A DNA stretch of 56,335 bases from a virus: the IMG/VR virus record IMGVR_UViG_3300045988_137693, one strand, 5' to 3'. The translations under genes were made by a program, and so were the position numbers. Below, piece by piece: positions 43,901 through 53,882 of this stretch; the stretch's first letter is position 1, and each line of letters begins with the position of its first letter. The notes beneath the pieces were generated by a model that saw only the letters and a program-made list of their open reading frames with translations, did no database searches and had not been told where the DNA came from.

Positions 43901-46900
43901 GCCGGAAAACTGGTCTTTGATTTCGATGCGTTGAACAAGGTCGCTTTGGCCATGGTGGCGCTCGGCGCTTCCATGAAACTTATGGCCGAAGCCGCCTATA
44001 TGCTCAAGGACATGGATCCGGCGCAAATCGCGGTGATATTTGGGTCGATGGCCACTGCGATCGTCGCTCTTGGCGGATCAATCGCTTTGATGGGAACGGC
44101 CAAGCCTGAACGATTGAATGCCGTCGGCACCAATATGATTAAGTTGGGCGCCGGATTCGTGTTGATGGCGTCCTCCTTGGTCGTGCTCGCTAGAGCCATC
44201 CTCATGATTGCGAGCGTCAAACCCGATGACCTTGCGCGTTCGATGAATGCCGTCGCACTGGGTATCGTTCTTCTCACCACAGCCATGGGAGGTCTTGGCG
44301 CCGGTGCGAAATTCGGTGCTGATTATTCCGGTGTCGGCAAGAATATTCTCTTGATGGTAACTGCCTTGATCCCCCTCGCTCTAGCGATAAAGATCCTTGG
44401 TACTATGGACCTTGACGATCTTGCCAAGGGTCTCGGTGCCGTCGCCATTGGACTGGGCGTCCTCGCTGGTGCCATGGCTGGTCTTGGCTATATTCAAGGC
44501 ATGGGCGGAAGTTACGGGAAGTCCGCAGCGGCCATCATGGCATTCGCGACTGCCATGGTGCTTCTTGCGGTCCCGATCAAGGTGCTCGGTGGCATGGATC
44601 TTGATGACCTCGCCAAAGGCGTAGGCGCTTTGGTCATCACCCTCGGCGCCTTCGCCGGAGCAATGGCTCTATTCAGCAAGTTCAATGGCCAATTCGCCGG
44701 AATGCTGATGGCTTCAGCCGCTATATTGTCATTCGCTACGGCTGCTGTGGCATTGACCATTCCGATCAAGGTCCTTGGCGGAATGGATCTGAATAGTCTG
44801 GCCAAGGGTCTCAGCGGTTTCGGTTTGGCTTTGGCTGGTATGGTTGCGGCCATGAATCTCATGCCCAACAACATGTCGGGTCAAGCCGCTGGTATGATGG
44901 CGTTCGCTGCTGGCATTACCGTTCTTGCCGTCGCCATCCGTCTTATGGGATCGATGGATATCAAGCAGCTCGTTACCGGGTTGACTGGATTCTATGGGGC
45001 TCTTGTCGGACTCGGATTCGCAGGTACGGTTCTCGGTCCGATGGCCGTAGAGCTTATAGCAGTCGCCAAAGCCATGGGCGTGTTCGGTCTAGCCTGCCTC
45101 GCCATCGGCGCTGGTATGGCACTCGCTGGAGCAGGACTCACCGCTCTCGCAGCTACAGGTTCCGCTGCCGGTGGCATTCTGATGACGGCACTCGACGCTC
45201 TGATTCAGTTCATTCCGGCATTGGCGAAATCGCTGGTGACCGCATTGATCGGCGTCCTTCAGGCGATCGTGGCTGCTTTGCCTCAGATTCTTGACGCGTT
45301 GTCGTCGATTCTCAGGGATCTTATGGCGTGGCTTGTCCAGCAAGTCCCGGCAGTCGCCGACGCTGTTGTGACAATGATCGATAAGATATTGCAGGTGGTT
45401 GCCGCACACGCTGATACCATCACCGACAGTCTCGTAACCATTCTGGTTGCAGCGCTCAACGCCGTAGCCGGTCATGCTCCGGAGATTACAGCAGCTCTTG
45501 GCAATGTCATGACTGCCATATTCACCGCCATCGCGGATTCGATACGTAATCTCGATCCATCGGTGCTTACTTCGCTACTTCTTTCCGTTGGAGTCATGGC
45601 CTTGATATTCAAGGCTTTGGCGAAGATGAAGAAAGACGTCGTTGGAGCACTGATGGTTGGCGGCACCATGATCGGACTCATGGCCGCCCTCACGGGCGTC
45701 TTCGCACTCATGAACCTGCTGAATCCGGTCAACACCGTGGCATCGGCGGTATCGCTATCCACGGCCTTGATCGTCATGACCGGCGCATTCAAGATCATGG
45801 AGACCGCGAAGAAGCACGTCATCGGTGCTCTGGCTGTCGGCTCGGCAATGGCTGCAATCCTTGCCGAGTTGGCACTGGTCTTCGGACTGATGTCCGCCAT
45901 GAACATCGACAACGTTGGCACCATCGCAGCGTCGTTGTCCGGAACCATTCTGGCCATATCCGCAACGGCAGCGATCATGAGCCTAGTCAACGTCGGTGCC
46001 GCTATGAGTGGCGTTGCTGCTTTGGCGACGTTTATCGCCGGTCTCGCTGCTATCGTCGTTGCCGCTGGCGCTATCAAGCAGATACCCGGCGTCGACTGGT
46101 TGGTGTCTGAAGGCGCCGCATTCATGGCGAAGATCGGAGCCGCACTTGGCGGATTCATCGGATCCATTGCCGGCGCTATTACCGGTGCCATCATGGGGGC
46201 GATTGGAAGTTCGCTGCCGGCACTGGCTACCGGTTTGTCTAACTTCATGACCAATCTGAAGCCATTTATTGCAGGCGCCAAAGAGATTGATGGATCCGTC
46301 GCAACAGCCGTTGATACCCTGGCCAATGTGGTGCTCAAGCTCACGGCTTCGAATCTTCTCGATGCCATCACCAGCTTCATAACCGGTGGCAATGGTATTG
46401 AGAATTTCGGAACCAAGCTGGTACCGCTTGGCCAAGCATTGAAAGACTACTCTGCAGTAGTTGCCGATTTGAATTCGGCATCCATCGTGTCGTCTGCCAT
46501 GGCTGCTCAAGCGCTGACACAGGTGCTGAATGCACTTCCTGCCGACGATGGACTTTGGCAGAGAATTGCCGGTAGTAAGGACTGGAGTACCTTATCCGAC
46601 GGCCTCGTCCAAATGGGCATGGCGTTGAGTATGTACGGCGTTGCCGTGACTGGACTTCAGCCAGGACCGATAAGCGCTTCCATTGAAGCGCTCAACGGAT
46701 TGAACGGCGTGCTGAACGCTGTTCCTTCCGATGACGGTTGGTGGCAGAAAGTTGCCGGTGGCAAGGATTGGAGCACATTGTCCACCGGACTCACCGGAAT
46801 GGGCAAGGCGCTTGCCGGATATGGCAAAGCCGTATCTGGTGATGGAGTCAATATCGACGCCATTCAGAAGACGGTTCCAGCCATTAAGAAGTTGAACGAG

Positions 46901-48607
46901 GTTCTTCAGAACGTTCCTTCTGATGACGGTTGGTGGCAGAAGATTGCCGGTGGCAAGAGCTGGGGCACGCTTACTGAAGGTCTGAAGGGTCTCGGCGAAG
47001 CGCTTGCCGGATATGGCACAGCCGTATCGGGCGATGGCGTTAACGTCGGAGCCATTCAGAAGACGGTTCCGGCAGTCAAGTCGTTGACCGAGATTCTGAA
47101 GAGCGACTTCAGTCAGGTCGGCGATTTCGGTCCTATAAAGAACGCCGCAACGCAGCTTGGCAACGGTCTGGCTGGATACTATAACGCCGTTTCCGAGGTT
47201 TCGCCTGATGCCATCACACCGACGTTCGCTCCATTGCGTTCCTTGATCAATGTCGTCAACAGTCTTGGCGGCATGAAGATGGAAGGCACATCAGTCGGAT
47301 TCATCACGGCCGCAACTCAGCTCGGTATCGGATTGTCGAACTACACGAAGAACGTGGCCGAACTGGACTTCTCGAATATTTCGGCCAGTGTCAGTGCCGT
47401 TGGTTCGTTGTCCAAGGTCATGGGCGGAATGCCGGCCGAGTATGGCGGAGTCACGGCGTTCCAGCAAGCTGTATCCACGCTCGCCGCGACATCGTTCATG
47501 TCTCTGGCCAGGTCCATTCAAAATGCCAATAGTTCCATTAGTACTGGTCTGTCCGATTTGAACACGGCGTTGAGCACTGGCACAACGACCTTGACCGGAT
47601 CAGTGAATGCTCTGAATTCCGCTTTCCGTGATATCAATCTGAGCGGCGATCTCTCGTCTCAGATGAGTGCTGCTGCAAGTGCTGCGAATTCTGGAGCAAA
47701 TCAGATCCGTTCGGCATTGAACGCTCTCGCCACTTGGTTGAGCGGTTTCGCTTCGATCTGGCAGGCATCGTTCACGCCGATAATCGGAGCCACTCGTACC
47801 GGCCTCAACCTGGTCGCTCAGGCGATTTCCTCGTACAACGGTCGTTTCTCGCAAGAGGGACGTAGTTTGGCGAATAGTCTGGGCAGCGGCATGCGTTCTG
47901 GCATCGGCAACCTTTCGAGTATCTTCAATAGCGCTCTGAGTGCCGCCGTCGATGGTGCTCGTGCGTATCGAGGAAGCTTCGAGAGTGCCGGTTTCTACCT
48001 TGCGGCTGGTTTGGCCGTGGGCATATCACGCAATTCCGACGCTGTCAGCAGGGCAGCAGCAGATGCTGTGTCGAATGCCGTTGCGGCAGCCAGGGAAGCA
48101 GGCGACATCAATTCGCCGTCACGTGTCATGGCTAAGGTCGGCATGTGGTTCGACAAGGGTCTGGAGAACGGTATCGCCGATAATGTCGGTGGCGTCGTTC
48201 GAGCCGCAAAGACCATGATGACGAGAAGCATCGATGTCGTCGATGCTTCGTTGAGCAATATCGGCAAGATCGATATTCCGGAATTCGACGTCAATCCGAC
48301 CATTACTCCGGTGATGGATCTATCGGTCGTCGAGGGTCAAGCCGCGTATCTGAATTCCATGCTGTCCGACACAGTTGGCATCGGATATTCGTCCAAGATG
48401 ATTGGCAAGATCACTGCGATTCCTCGTCAGAGGGATACCGGTCATGCTGTCGAAAGTGTTGAGAAGACCCCTCAGCAAATCATTAACAACTACGACTTCA
48501 CGCAGAACAACACTTCTCCGAAGGCGCTCAGTCGTTATGATATCTACAAGCAGACCCGTACGCAGTTCCGTCAATTCGAGCAAATGAATCGAAATGGAGG
48601 TCGATGA
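40919..48607 (+). CDS. Tape measure protein (2562 aa)
   Basis: Size, position, long helical and hydrophobic repeats. Confidence 0.9.
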   Translation: MANIDERVVKLSMDDSSLQQGVSRVTKALEQLKKAFNFSDTKSFEELDKAAKKVKFDSVSKSASDMQKDVSKATSKAADDFAEMGSSAQKSVQQIGAASDNVNLTGVASAANKMSDQVQQSAAEANSAIGKIGTNTVGIQQTVDAIDGINDAANRVDLSPIQKGVENVKMGISSMRDSLTNSVNTFKATPIGEQLDAVQPHFKALEAIGVVAMGNLAAKAATYGMQLASNLTNGIRSGFEEYETQLNSVQTILANTQKEGANLTQVNTALNQLNTYADKTIYNFTEMTRNIGTFTAAGVDLQTSVNSIKGIANLAAISGSSSAQASTAMYQLSQALATGTVKLMDWNSVVNAGMGGQVFQDLLVQTSEKLQTGAKQYIAAEGSFRDSLQKGWLTSDVLTQSLNILAMDITDVEKAVQSLVSKGYTEEEARQLVQLAQTAQDAATKVKTFSQLIDTAKEAVGSGWSQSMQILFGDFEEAKDLWTGVSDEINNIINAQSQARNQLLSSGFSSGYKQLVNQGIVDTQSFQDILTNLGNRDYVSGLINQYGSFEKSLHAGWLTAGMLKDGVAQLTQKVDGYDDATKQNLGITNEQINQLHALNAGLQNGSISADDFAKKMQRMSGRENVIQGLANIWNSLKTIIQAVGKAWDEVMPSMSGDTIYALTEAFRKFTEGLKPSPQLLNVITTATKGVATAFKAFLGVVGLAAKGFGTLLGFAGKVAGSFINIASSAINGAKAFAEYVKQSKVVTNAVKLWEASFSSFGTVLKTIGDSISGVFDGLFDGAKKGTSGFPDILGIISKTLAGCAQEVNNYGTEFQTAFQAKFGSVPEIAQKVSDKVSSAIQSLRPAFNWIGDRLQEIGEAIQRFFGDLNGKITLDQILSLINGGLLTGVLVGLRKFIKGLNEVGDDLEKSTFKGALKKTLDDIGNSFKDFAKSFKIVSITAIAASIKLLADALTQLSTIRTEKIMPALGAMTAIITVMTGMMAGLAALAEVTNKAGKLVFDFDALNKVALAMVALGASMKLMAEAAYMLKDMDPAQIAVIFGSMATAIVALGGSIALMGTAKPERLNAVGTNMIKLGAGFVLMASSLVVLARAILMIASVKPDDLARSMNAVALGIVLLTTAMGGLGAGAKFGADYSGVGKNILLMVTALIPLALAIKILGTMDLDDLAKGLGAVAIGLGVLAGAMAGLGYIQGMGGSYGKSAAAIMAFATAMVLLAVPIKVLGGMDLDDLAKGVGALVITLGAFAGAMALFSKFNGQFAGMLMASAAILSFATAAVALTIPIKVLGGMDLNSLAKGLSGFGLALAGMVAAMNLMPNNMSGQAAGMMAFAAGITVLAVAIRLMGSMDIKQLVTGLTGFYGALVGLGFAGTVLGPMAVELIAVAKAMGVFGLACLAIGAGMALAGAGLTALAATGSAAGGILMTALDALIQFIPALAKSLVTALIGVLQAIVAALPQILDALSSILRDLMAWLVQQVPAVADAVVTMIDKILQVVAAHADTITDSLVTILVAALNAVAGHAPEITAALGNVMTAIFTAIADSIRNLDPSVLTSLLLSVGVMALIFKALAKMKKDVVGALMVGGTMIGLMAALTGVFALMNLLNPVNTVASAVSLSTALIVMTGAFKIMETAKKHVIGALAVGSAMAAILAELALVFGLMSAMNIDNVGTIAASLSGTILAISATAAIMSLVNVGAAMSGVAALATFIAGLAAIVVAAGAIKQIPGVDWLVSEGAAFMAKIGAALGGFIGSIAGAITGAIMGAIGSSLPALATGLSNFMTNLKPFIAGAKEIDGSVATAVDTLANVVLKLTASNLLDAITSFITGGNGIENFGTKLVPLGQALKDYSAVVADLNSASIVSSAMAAQALTQVLNALPADDGLWQRIAGSKDWSTLSDGLVQMGMALSMYGVAVTGLQPGPISASIEALNGLNGVLNAVPSDDGWWQKVAGGKDWSTLSTGLTGMGKALAGYGKAVSGDGVNIDAIQKTVPAIKKLNEVLQNVPSDDGWWQKIAGGKSWGTLTEGLKGLGEALAGYGTAVSGDGVNVGAIQKTVPAVKSLTEILKSDFSQVGDFGPIKNAATQLGNGLAGYYNAVSEVSPDAITPTFAPLRSLINVVNSLGGMKMEGTSVGFITAATQLGIGLSNYTKNVAELDFSNISASVSAVGSLSKVMGGMPAEYGGVTAFQQAVSTLAATSFMSLARSIQNANSSISTGLSDLNTALSTGTTTLTGSVNALNSAFRDINLSGDLSSQMSAAASAANSGANQIRSALNALATWLSGFASIWQASFTPIIGATRTGLNLVAQAISSYNGRFSQEGRSLANSLGSGMRSGIGNLSSIFNSALSAAVDGARAYRGSFESAGFYLAAGLAVGISRNSDAVSRAAADAVSNAVAAAREAGDINSPSRVMAKVGMWFDKGLENGIADNVGGVVRAAKTMMTRSIDVVDASLSNIGKIDIPEFDVNPTITPVMDLSVVEGQAAYLNSMLSDTVGIGYSSKMIGKITAIPRQRDTGHAVESVEKTPQQIINNYDFTQNNTSPKALSRYDIYKQTRTQFRQFEQMNRNGGR
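44395..45100 (+). repeat. Tandem, roughly 170-190-bp coding repeats within the tape measure gene (hydrophobic LGxMDLxxLAKGLG... units)
   Basis: Units start near 44396, 44584, 44773 and 44944. Confidence 0.7.
46530..47105 (+). repeat. Three tandem 192-bp coding repeats within the tape measure gene (VPSDDGWWQKxAGGKxWxTL... units)
   Basis: Units start near 46530, 46721 and 46913. Confidence 0.8.
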
Positions 48608-49533
48608 TGTTTCAGTCTATGACTGTTACGAATGCTCGTGGCGACACGCTCGATCTCCCCATCCGAAACCCAATGGCGACTGGCTATAACGTCGTCGCCA
48701 TTGACGGTCTCGGACCGGTCGATGCCGTGCTTCAGACCAGCAACACCGTCACCACCGACGGCGTGATCTTCAATGGCGCCCGTAAGGATGAGCGCGAGAT
48801 CACCATCAATCTCGCGTATCATCCGGAATCGGGTAAGAACATTGAGGATCTTCGGCATGGAACATACAGGTATTTCCCCGAAAAAGAGGAAGTCACCTTG
48901 GTGTTCCATGCCGACACCCGTTCGGTTCGTACGACCGGCATCGTCGAATCGAACGAGATTTCGATATTTTCCGAAAAAGAGTCGTCGTCGATCGTTGTCA
49001 AATGCCCCGATCCATGGTTCAGGATAGATAACGAGCTGAATAGGATCACATCGTTCTCCAACATCGAACCGGTGTTCGAATTCCCGTTCAACTGGGCAAA
49101 TAATCCGGTGAGTGAACCGAATGCGTTGTGGTTTGGTGCCATTCAGAATATGCATTCGAAAAACATCATGTATGATGGCGAATCAGAAGTCGGCGTGATC
49201 ATCCGTATGTCGTTTGATGGCCCGGTGAATAATATTCGCATCTATAATGAAGAGGCCGGTCAGGAGATCGACGTCTTTACGGATAAGGTCGGACAGATCA
49301 TCCCCGACGGCATCCGAAAAGGCGATGAACTGGTTATTTGCACGGTGCCGAAGCAGAAGTACGTTGAGATCATTCGAGACGGTATCTCGACTAACATTCT
49401 CAACGCCATCAATCGAGACGTGCGATTCATCACGTTGCATAAAGGCGCGAATACCATCGTGTATTCCGCCGATTCCGGTGTGGATAACATCCTCGTGTCG
49501 ATCGAGAACGAAACGTTGTATACAGGAGTGTGA
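48604..49533 (+). CDS. Distal tail protein (Dit)
   Basis: Immediately after the tape measure; typical N-terminal pattern TVTNARGDTLDLP...VVAIDGLGP. Confidence 0.8.
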   Translation: MMFQSMTVTNARGDTLDLPIRNPMATGYNVVAIDGLGPVDAVLQTSNTVTTDGVIFNGARKDEREITINLAYHPESGKNIEDLRHGTYRYFPEKEEVTLVFHADTRSVRTTGIVESNEISIFSEKESSSIVVKCPDPWFRIDNELNRITSFSNIEPVFEFPFNWANNPVSEPNALWFGAIQNMHSKNIMYDGESEVGVIIRMSFDGPVNNIRIYNEEAGQEIDVFTDKVGQIIPDGIRKGDELVICTVPKQKYVEIIRDGISTNILNAINRDVRFITLHKGANTIVYSADSGVDNILVSIENETLYTGV

Positions 49534-49539
49534 CGTTAT

Positions 49540-50793
49540 ATGACTGAACAGTTGACCAAACGTTCCATGCAGCTGTTCGTGCTCGATAAGAGTTTCGAAG
49601 TCGTCAGCCTATGTGACACGTTCAGTTCGCTTATCTGGACTGAACGGTATTCCGGGTATGGCGACTTCGAACTCTACCTTCCAGCTTCCGTGGCCAACAT
49701 CAACATGTTCCCTCGAGGCTTTTACCTATGGCTGATAGAACCGTTCGTATACGATAAGAACGGCAAGAAGATCGAGACTCGCAATGACGTCATGATCATC
49801 GAGAAGACTGAACTGAGTACGGACATCGAAGATGGCGATCGATTGATCGTCTCCGGACGTTCGCTTGAATCGCTGCTGCTTCGAAGGGTGATTCCGAAGA
49901 AAGTCAAGTATGAATCGATCGATCCTCGAGAGATCATCAAGACAATACTGAACGAAAACATCATCAAACCTTCGGAACCCGCACGCAAGATTCCGAACTT
50001 CAAAATGGCAATCGATTCTTCGCAACCACTGGATCCGAAGTACAGGCAAACCTTCGAATTCGATGGCGATTACGTCTATGATGCCATCAAGACGATATGC
50101 GATACTTATGACTTGGGGTTCTCTCTCGATCTGAAGTCCGATGATCATTGGCAATCGTCCTATCTGTCGTTTTCGGTTCTCGAAGGTACCGATCGTTCGT
50201 ATGAACAGATCAAGAACCCCTATATGGTCTTCTCGCCGAGATTCGATAACCTCGTATCCTCGGATACCATTGAAGACGATACCGAATTCTATAATTCGGC
50301 ATACGTCGCCTCGACCGAGGAGACCAAGGACAACGTGACCCGTCGTCTGATCAAATACGTGCCGAACAACTCCGGTCGTTCTGGCTGGGACATCCGGGAA
50401 ACGTTCTATACGGATTCCGACGCCAAATTGAACGATGCTGATAACCATCCTCGTCCAGACCACGACATATATCCTGAACTGGAAAAGTACGGCCGAGACG
50501 AATTGAAAGTGCAGAAGTCGAACAATTCGTTCAATGCCGAAATCGCTTTGCTTGGCTCGGTTCGGTATCATCGCGACTACGAGATCGGCGACATCATCCA
50601 GTTCGACAACACCTACGGCGTCAACAAAAAAGCGCGCATCACCGAATACGTTCGTAATGAGGACGACAATGGCTACCGTGAGTATCCGACGTTCGAGCCG
50701 TTCTCCACCGAAGGCATCGATGCACTTGAGGATTCGTACGGCAATTACGTGCTGGATAATCACGGCAATACCATCAATGAGGGATTCATCTGA
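49540..50793 (+). CDS. Tail-associated (Tal-like / Gp37-like) baseplate protein
   Basis: Position after Dit; the LIWTERYSGYGDFELYLPAS N-terminal pattern. Confidence 0.7.
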   Translation: MTEQLTKRSMQLFVLDKSFEVVSLCDTFSSLIWTERYSGYGDFELYLPASVANINMFPRGFYLWLIEPFVYDKNGKKIETRNDVMIIEKTELSTDIEDGDRLIVSGRSLESLLLRRVIPKKVKYESIDPREIIKTILNENIIKPSEPARKIPNFKMAIDSSQPLDPKYRQTFEFDGDYVYDAIKTICDTYDLGFSLDLKSDDHWQSSYLSFSVLEGTDRSYEQIKNPYMVFSPRFDNLVSSDTIEDDTEFYNSAYVASTEETKDNVTRRLIKYVPNNSGRSGWDIRETFYTDSDAKLNDADNHPRPDHDIYPELEKYGRDELKVQKSNNSFNAEIALLGSVRYHRDYEIGDIIQFDNTYGVNKKARITEYVRNEDDNGYREYPTFEPFSTEGIDALEDSYGNYVLDNHGNTINEGFI

Positions 50794-50809
50794 TCGAAAG
50801 GAGATCGTA

Positions 50810-51436
50810 ATGACATATACTTCAGGATTCTTCAATTCGGTCAATCACGACCGAACGTATGACGCCGATACCTTCGGTTCCATGTTCGATGGGGTCATCA
50901 ACGATGGCGTTTTTCGTACATGGGGCGATGGTATGGTCGTGACCGCCGTCGGCGGCATGACAGTGGCGGTCGGCACCGGTCGAGCGTGGTTCAATCATAC
51001 GTGGACCGTGGTCACCGCCGACGAACGTCTGACGTTGGCCGCTTCATCGCCGTCCATGCCGCGCATCGATGCGGTAGTGCTCCGCGTCGATAAGTCGACG
51101 TTGGTTCGACGGAATCGAATCTACATCAAACAAGGACAGGCGTCCGGTTCGCCGTCACGACCACAGCTCGAAAACACGTCAACGGTCCGTGAGTATGTTC
51201 TCGCTGACATTCGCGTCAATAACGGTGCCACCGCAATCTCTCAATCGAACATCACGAATCAGATCGGACGCGACACCCCATTCGCTGAACTGGTGAATAA
51301 CACGTTCGATTCGGCGAACCTGATCAAGCAATGGGAATCGCAATTCCAGGATTTCATTCGCAACTCAACGCTGGATCCGAAAGTGTTGAGTCCGATTTCA
51401 AATTACACGATCGATAGCATGTTCGTCATTAAGTAA
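50810..51436 (+). CDS. Tail/baseplate structural protein
   Basis: ATG 50810 after an aaaggag RBS; the MTYTSGFFNSVNHDRTYDA... type is found after Tal genes. Confidence 0.55.
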   Translation: MTYTSGFFNSVNHDRTYDADTFGSMFDGVINDGVFRTWGDGMVVTAVGGMTVAVGTGRAWFNHTWTVVTADERLTLAASSPSMPRIDAVVLRVDKSTLVRRNRIYIKQGQASGSPSRPQLENTSTVREYVLADIRVNNGATAISQSNITNQIGRDTPFAELVNNTFDSANLIKQWESQFQDFIRNSTLDPKVLSPISNYTIDSMFVIK

Positions 51437-51446
51437 AGGAGTCAAA

Positions 51447-52355
51447 ATGACAAGAATTCTCGATGCACACGGCAACGAACTCAAGCTGGAAGACATTGAT
51501 CTGAATGCCGGCAAGCTTGTTGACGAGACCATTACCGTCCATCATGACGCTGTTGAAGGCGTCGAGGAAGTATCTCATGTCGAGGTGCTCAAAGAATACT
51601 ACGAGACTGGTCCGGATGGCGAACCGGTTCTCGATGAGGACGGTCATAAGATCGTCTTCGGCAAGGATGTAAAGACCATCATTGATGTCCCAGGCGTTGA
51701 GGCCAAGCCAGCTTACGACGAACAGGAAGAGATCCAGCGATACATCCCGTATACCGCTGAAGAACTCGATAAGATCGCCAAAGAGAAGGCCGACGCCCAG
51801 GCCAGTGCGGCCGTTGCGGACGCTGAAAAGTTGGCGATTCGTCTCATTGTGCAGAAAATCGCTCCGTCGCTATCCACGGACGAACTGATGCAGGTCGCAG
51901 CGATTCTCCCGAACTGGGATGCGTCGAAGACGTACACTGAAGACGATATCGTCCGTTATCAACAGAGCCTGTATCAGGCCATTGGCGAGGTCCCGGCCAA
52001 CACGGTTCCTGATGCGGCTACCGACAAGTGGAAGAACCTGACGAAGCCGGTCGATGGGGTCGCACGATGGATTCAGCCGAACAGCGCGGAGAACGCGTAT
52101 GATTCAGCGGCCGTCGTCATGCATGACGATGAGCAGTGGTTCTCCGATGAGGATTACAACATGCATGAACCCGGTGTCGACGGCTGGACGTCGAATGGTG
52201 ACGCCGTCGCCGAGTGGGCCCAGCCGACCGATGCGAACAATGCCTATGCCGAAGGCGCCGTGGTGCGTCATAATGGCAAGCGATGGGTTTCAACGGTGTC
52301 CGGCAATGTCTGGGAGCCCGGTGCTTCCGGAGTGACCCGGTGGGTCGAATCCTGA
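51447..52355 (+). CDS. Tail fibre / receptor-binding protein with two C-terminal carbohydrate-binding-like repeats
   Basis: Repeats ARWIQPNSAENAYDSAAVVMHDDEQWFS and AEWAQPTDANNAYAEGAVVRHNGKRWVS (CBM5/12-like W..Y..G motif). Confidence 0.6.
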   Translation: MTRILDAHGNELKLEDIDLNAGKLVDETITVHHDAVEGVEEVSHVEVLKEYYETGPDGEPVLDEDGHKIVFGKDVKTIIDVPGVEAKPAYDEQEEIQRYIPYTAEELDKIAKEKADAQASAAVADAEKLAIRLIVQKIAPSLSTDELMQVAAILPNWDASKTYTEDDIVRYQQSLYQAIGEVPANTVPDAATDKWKNLTKPVDGVARWIQPNSAENAYDSAAVVMHDDEQWFSDEDYNMHEPGVDGWTSNGDAVAEWAQPTDANNAYAEGAVVRHNGKRWVSTVSGNVWEPGASGVTRWVES

Positions 52356-52367
52356 TAGAAGTCTCAT

Positions 52368-53405
52368 ATGGCACGTATTAACAGTTATACCAAGATCACC
52401 GGAGCACCGGCTGATTCCGACTGTTTCATCATCGACTCGACGCAGGGCACCGCAGGCACCCGAATCGTGTTGTGGTCCGTGTTGAAGAGCGTTCTCACTG
52501 GCATATTCGCCTCTAAAAGCCATAAGCATCCGGGCAGTGATATCACGTCAGCTGTCGCCAACGCCAATGCCGCCATCAACGATTCCACCGGTCAGAACAT
52601 CGCCTCGACGTATGTGAAGGAGATCACCGCGAACGGCAGGACCATCACGGTGAAACGCGGCAACGACACGACCTTCACGTTCCAGACACAGGATACGAAC
52701 ACAACGTATCCTGTTGCTGATGCTAGTAAGTCTGGTATTATGGCTGCTAGCGATTGGTCTCTTCTGCATTCGCTGAAGGCCATTAATAAGGCGGTTGATA
52801 TATCAGATGGTACCAATCTGAATTCGTACAATTCGGTTGATGAATGCGGATGGTATTATGCCCATGGCGGCAACAATGTGACCAATAAGCCGTCAGGCGT
52901 CGACCATTTCGGTATGTTCCTCATGCGGATGGCGACGGGAGTGATCTCTCAGATCCTGTACGACAACAGTAACAAGATCTGGACGAGGTCATTTGGTTCT
53001 AATAGATGGAGCTCGTGGACCGCTCTGGTCCGAACGACCGATACGATCGACAACGCCACGAACGCCACCAAGGCAACGCAGGACTCCGCCGGTCAGACCA
53101 TCAATACGACCTATGTGAAGTCCATTACCGCATCCGGCCGCACGGTCACCGTGACCAAGGGCAATGGTACGACCTCGACGTTCACCACGCAGGATACGAC
53201 ATACTCCGCAGCCACGCAGTCGGCTGACGGTCTGATGTCGTCCGCCGATAAGCGGAAGCTCGACGGTCTGTCCGGCGATTACACTTCAGCCATCGGTCTC
53301 GCCACGTCCTCGAAGGACGGTCTGATGTCCAAAACCGACAAGGCGAAGCTCGATGCGATTGGATCGATATCCAACAGTACGATCGACGGTTTCTTCAGAA
53401 TTTGA
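52368..53405 (+). CDS. Tail fibre protein with internal repeats
   Basis: Duplicated DSxGQxIxxTYVKxITAxGRTxTVxxGNxTT.TFxTQDT blocks and GLMSxxDKxKLD motifs. Confidence 0.75.
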   Translation: MARINSYTKITGAPADSDCFIIDSTQGTAGTRIVLWSVLKSVLTGIFASKSHKHPGSDITSAVANANAAINDSTGQNIASTYVKEITANGRTITVKRGNDTTFTFQTQDTNTTYPVADASKSGIMAASDWSLLHSLKAINKAVDISDGTNLNSYNSVDECGWYYAHGGNNVTNKPSGVDHFGMFLMRMATGVISQILYDNSNKIWTRSFGSNRWSSWTALVRTTDTIDNATNATKATQDSAGQTINTTYVKSITASGRTVTVTKGNGTTSTFTTQDTTYSAATQSADGLMSSADKRKLDGLSGDYTSAIGLATSSKDGLMSKTDKAKLDAIGSISNSTIDGFFRI

Positions 53406-53429
53406 TGATATTTTAGGAGGTATGATATC

Positions 53430-53882
53430 ATGGTAGCTTATCTTGACGAGGCGGGGGCTCGGTATCTAGTCAAGAAGGTTCTTGACCGGATCCAGCCCGT
53501 TGGATCTCTCTATTTCAGCACTAATAGCACGTCCCCAGCGAGTTTATTCGGTGGCACCTGGGAACGCTATGCGCAGGGACGAGTAATGGTCTCTGCATCG
53601 GACACCGATACAGATTTCACCGTCGGCAAAACCGGCGGAGAGAAGACGCATAGTCATTGGCTACCGCTTGGTATGGAGGATTTCTCCAACGGTGTGTTCT
53701 CTGTCACTTGGACGCGCAGTAACCAAGGTGGCGTCCGACGTCGAAGCATCGCTCCCGGCCATCACGATCTCTACTCCCCGGACTCCAGATCACCGCACTC
53801 GAACGGCACCGAGGAACAGTCGTATTCCGAGTCGAGTCTTCAGCCGTATGTTGCAGTGTATGTGTGGAGAAGGACCGCTTAA
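53430..53882 (+). CDS. Tail-tip protein 1 (PVGS..GGTWE...QPYVAVYVWRRTA family), current orientation of invertible cassette A
   Basis: taggagg RBS. 74-aa constant part ends in the 31-bp repeat; a 76-aa variable C-terminus follows. Confidence 0.8.
   Translation: MVAYLDEAGARYLVKKVLDRIQPVGSLYFSTNSTSPASLFGGTWERYAQGRVMVSASDTDTDFTVGKTGGEKTHSHWLPLGMEDFSNGVFSVTWTRSNQGGVRRRSIAPGHHDLYSPDSRSPHSNGTEEQSYSESSLQPYVAVYVWRRTA
53622..53652. repeat. Inverted repeat A, left copy (31 bp, in frame, encodes VGKTGGEKTH)
   Basis: gtcggcaaaaccggcggagagaagacgcata; exact reverse complement at 54085-54115. Confidence 0.95.

Noticed and set aside
53622-53652. CAAAACC inside inverted repeat A resembles the half-site of Hin/Gin-type crossover sites (..AAAACC..GGTTTT..)
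   Set aside because: No matching second half-site in dyad symmetry. The sequence is explained by the codons for GKTG, and there is no invertase gene, so this is treated as coincidence.
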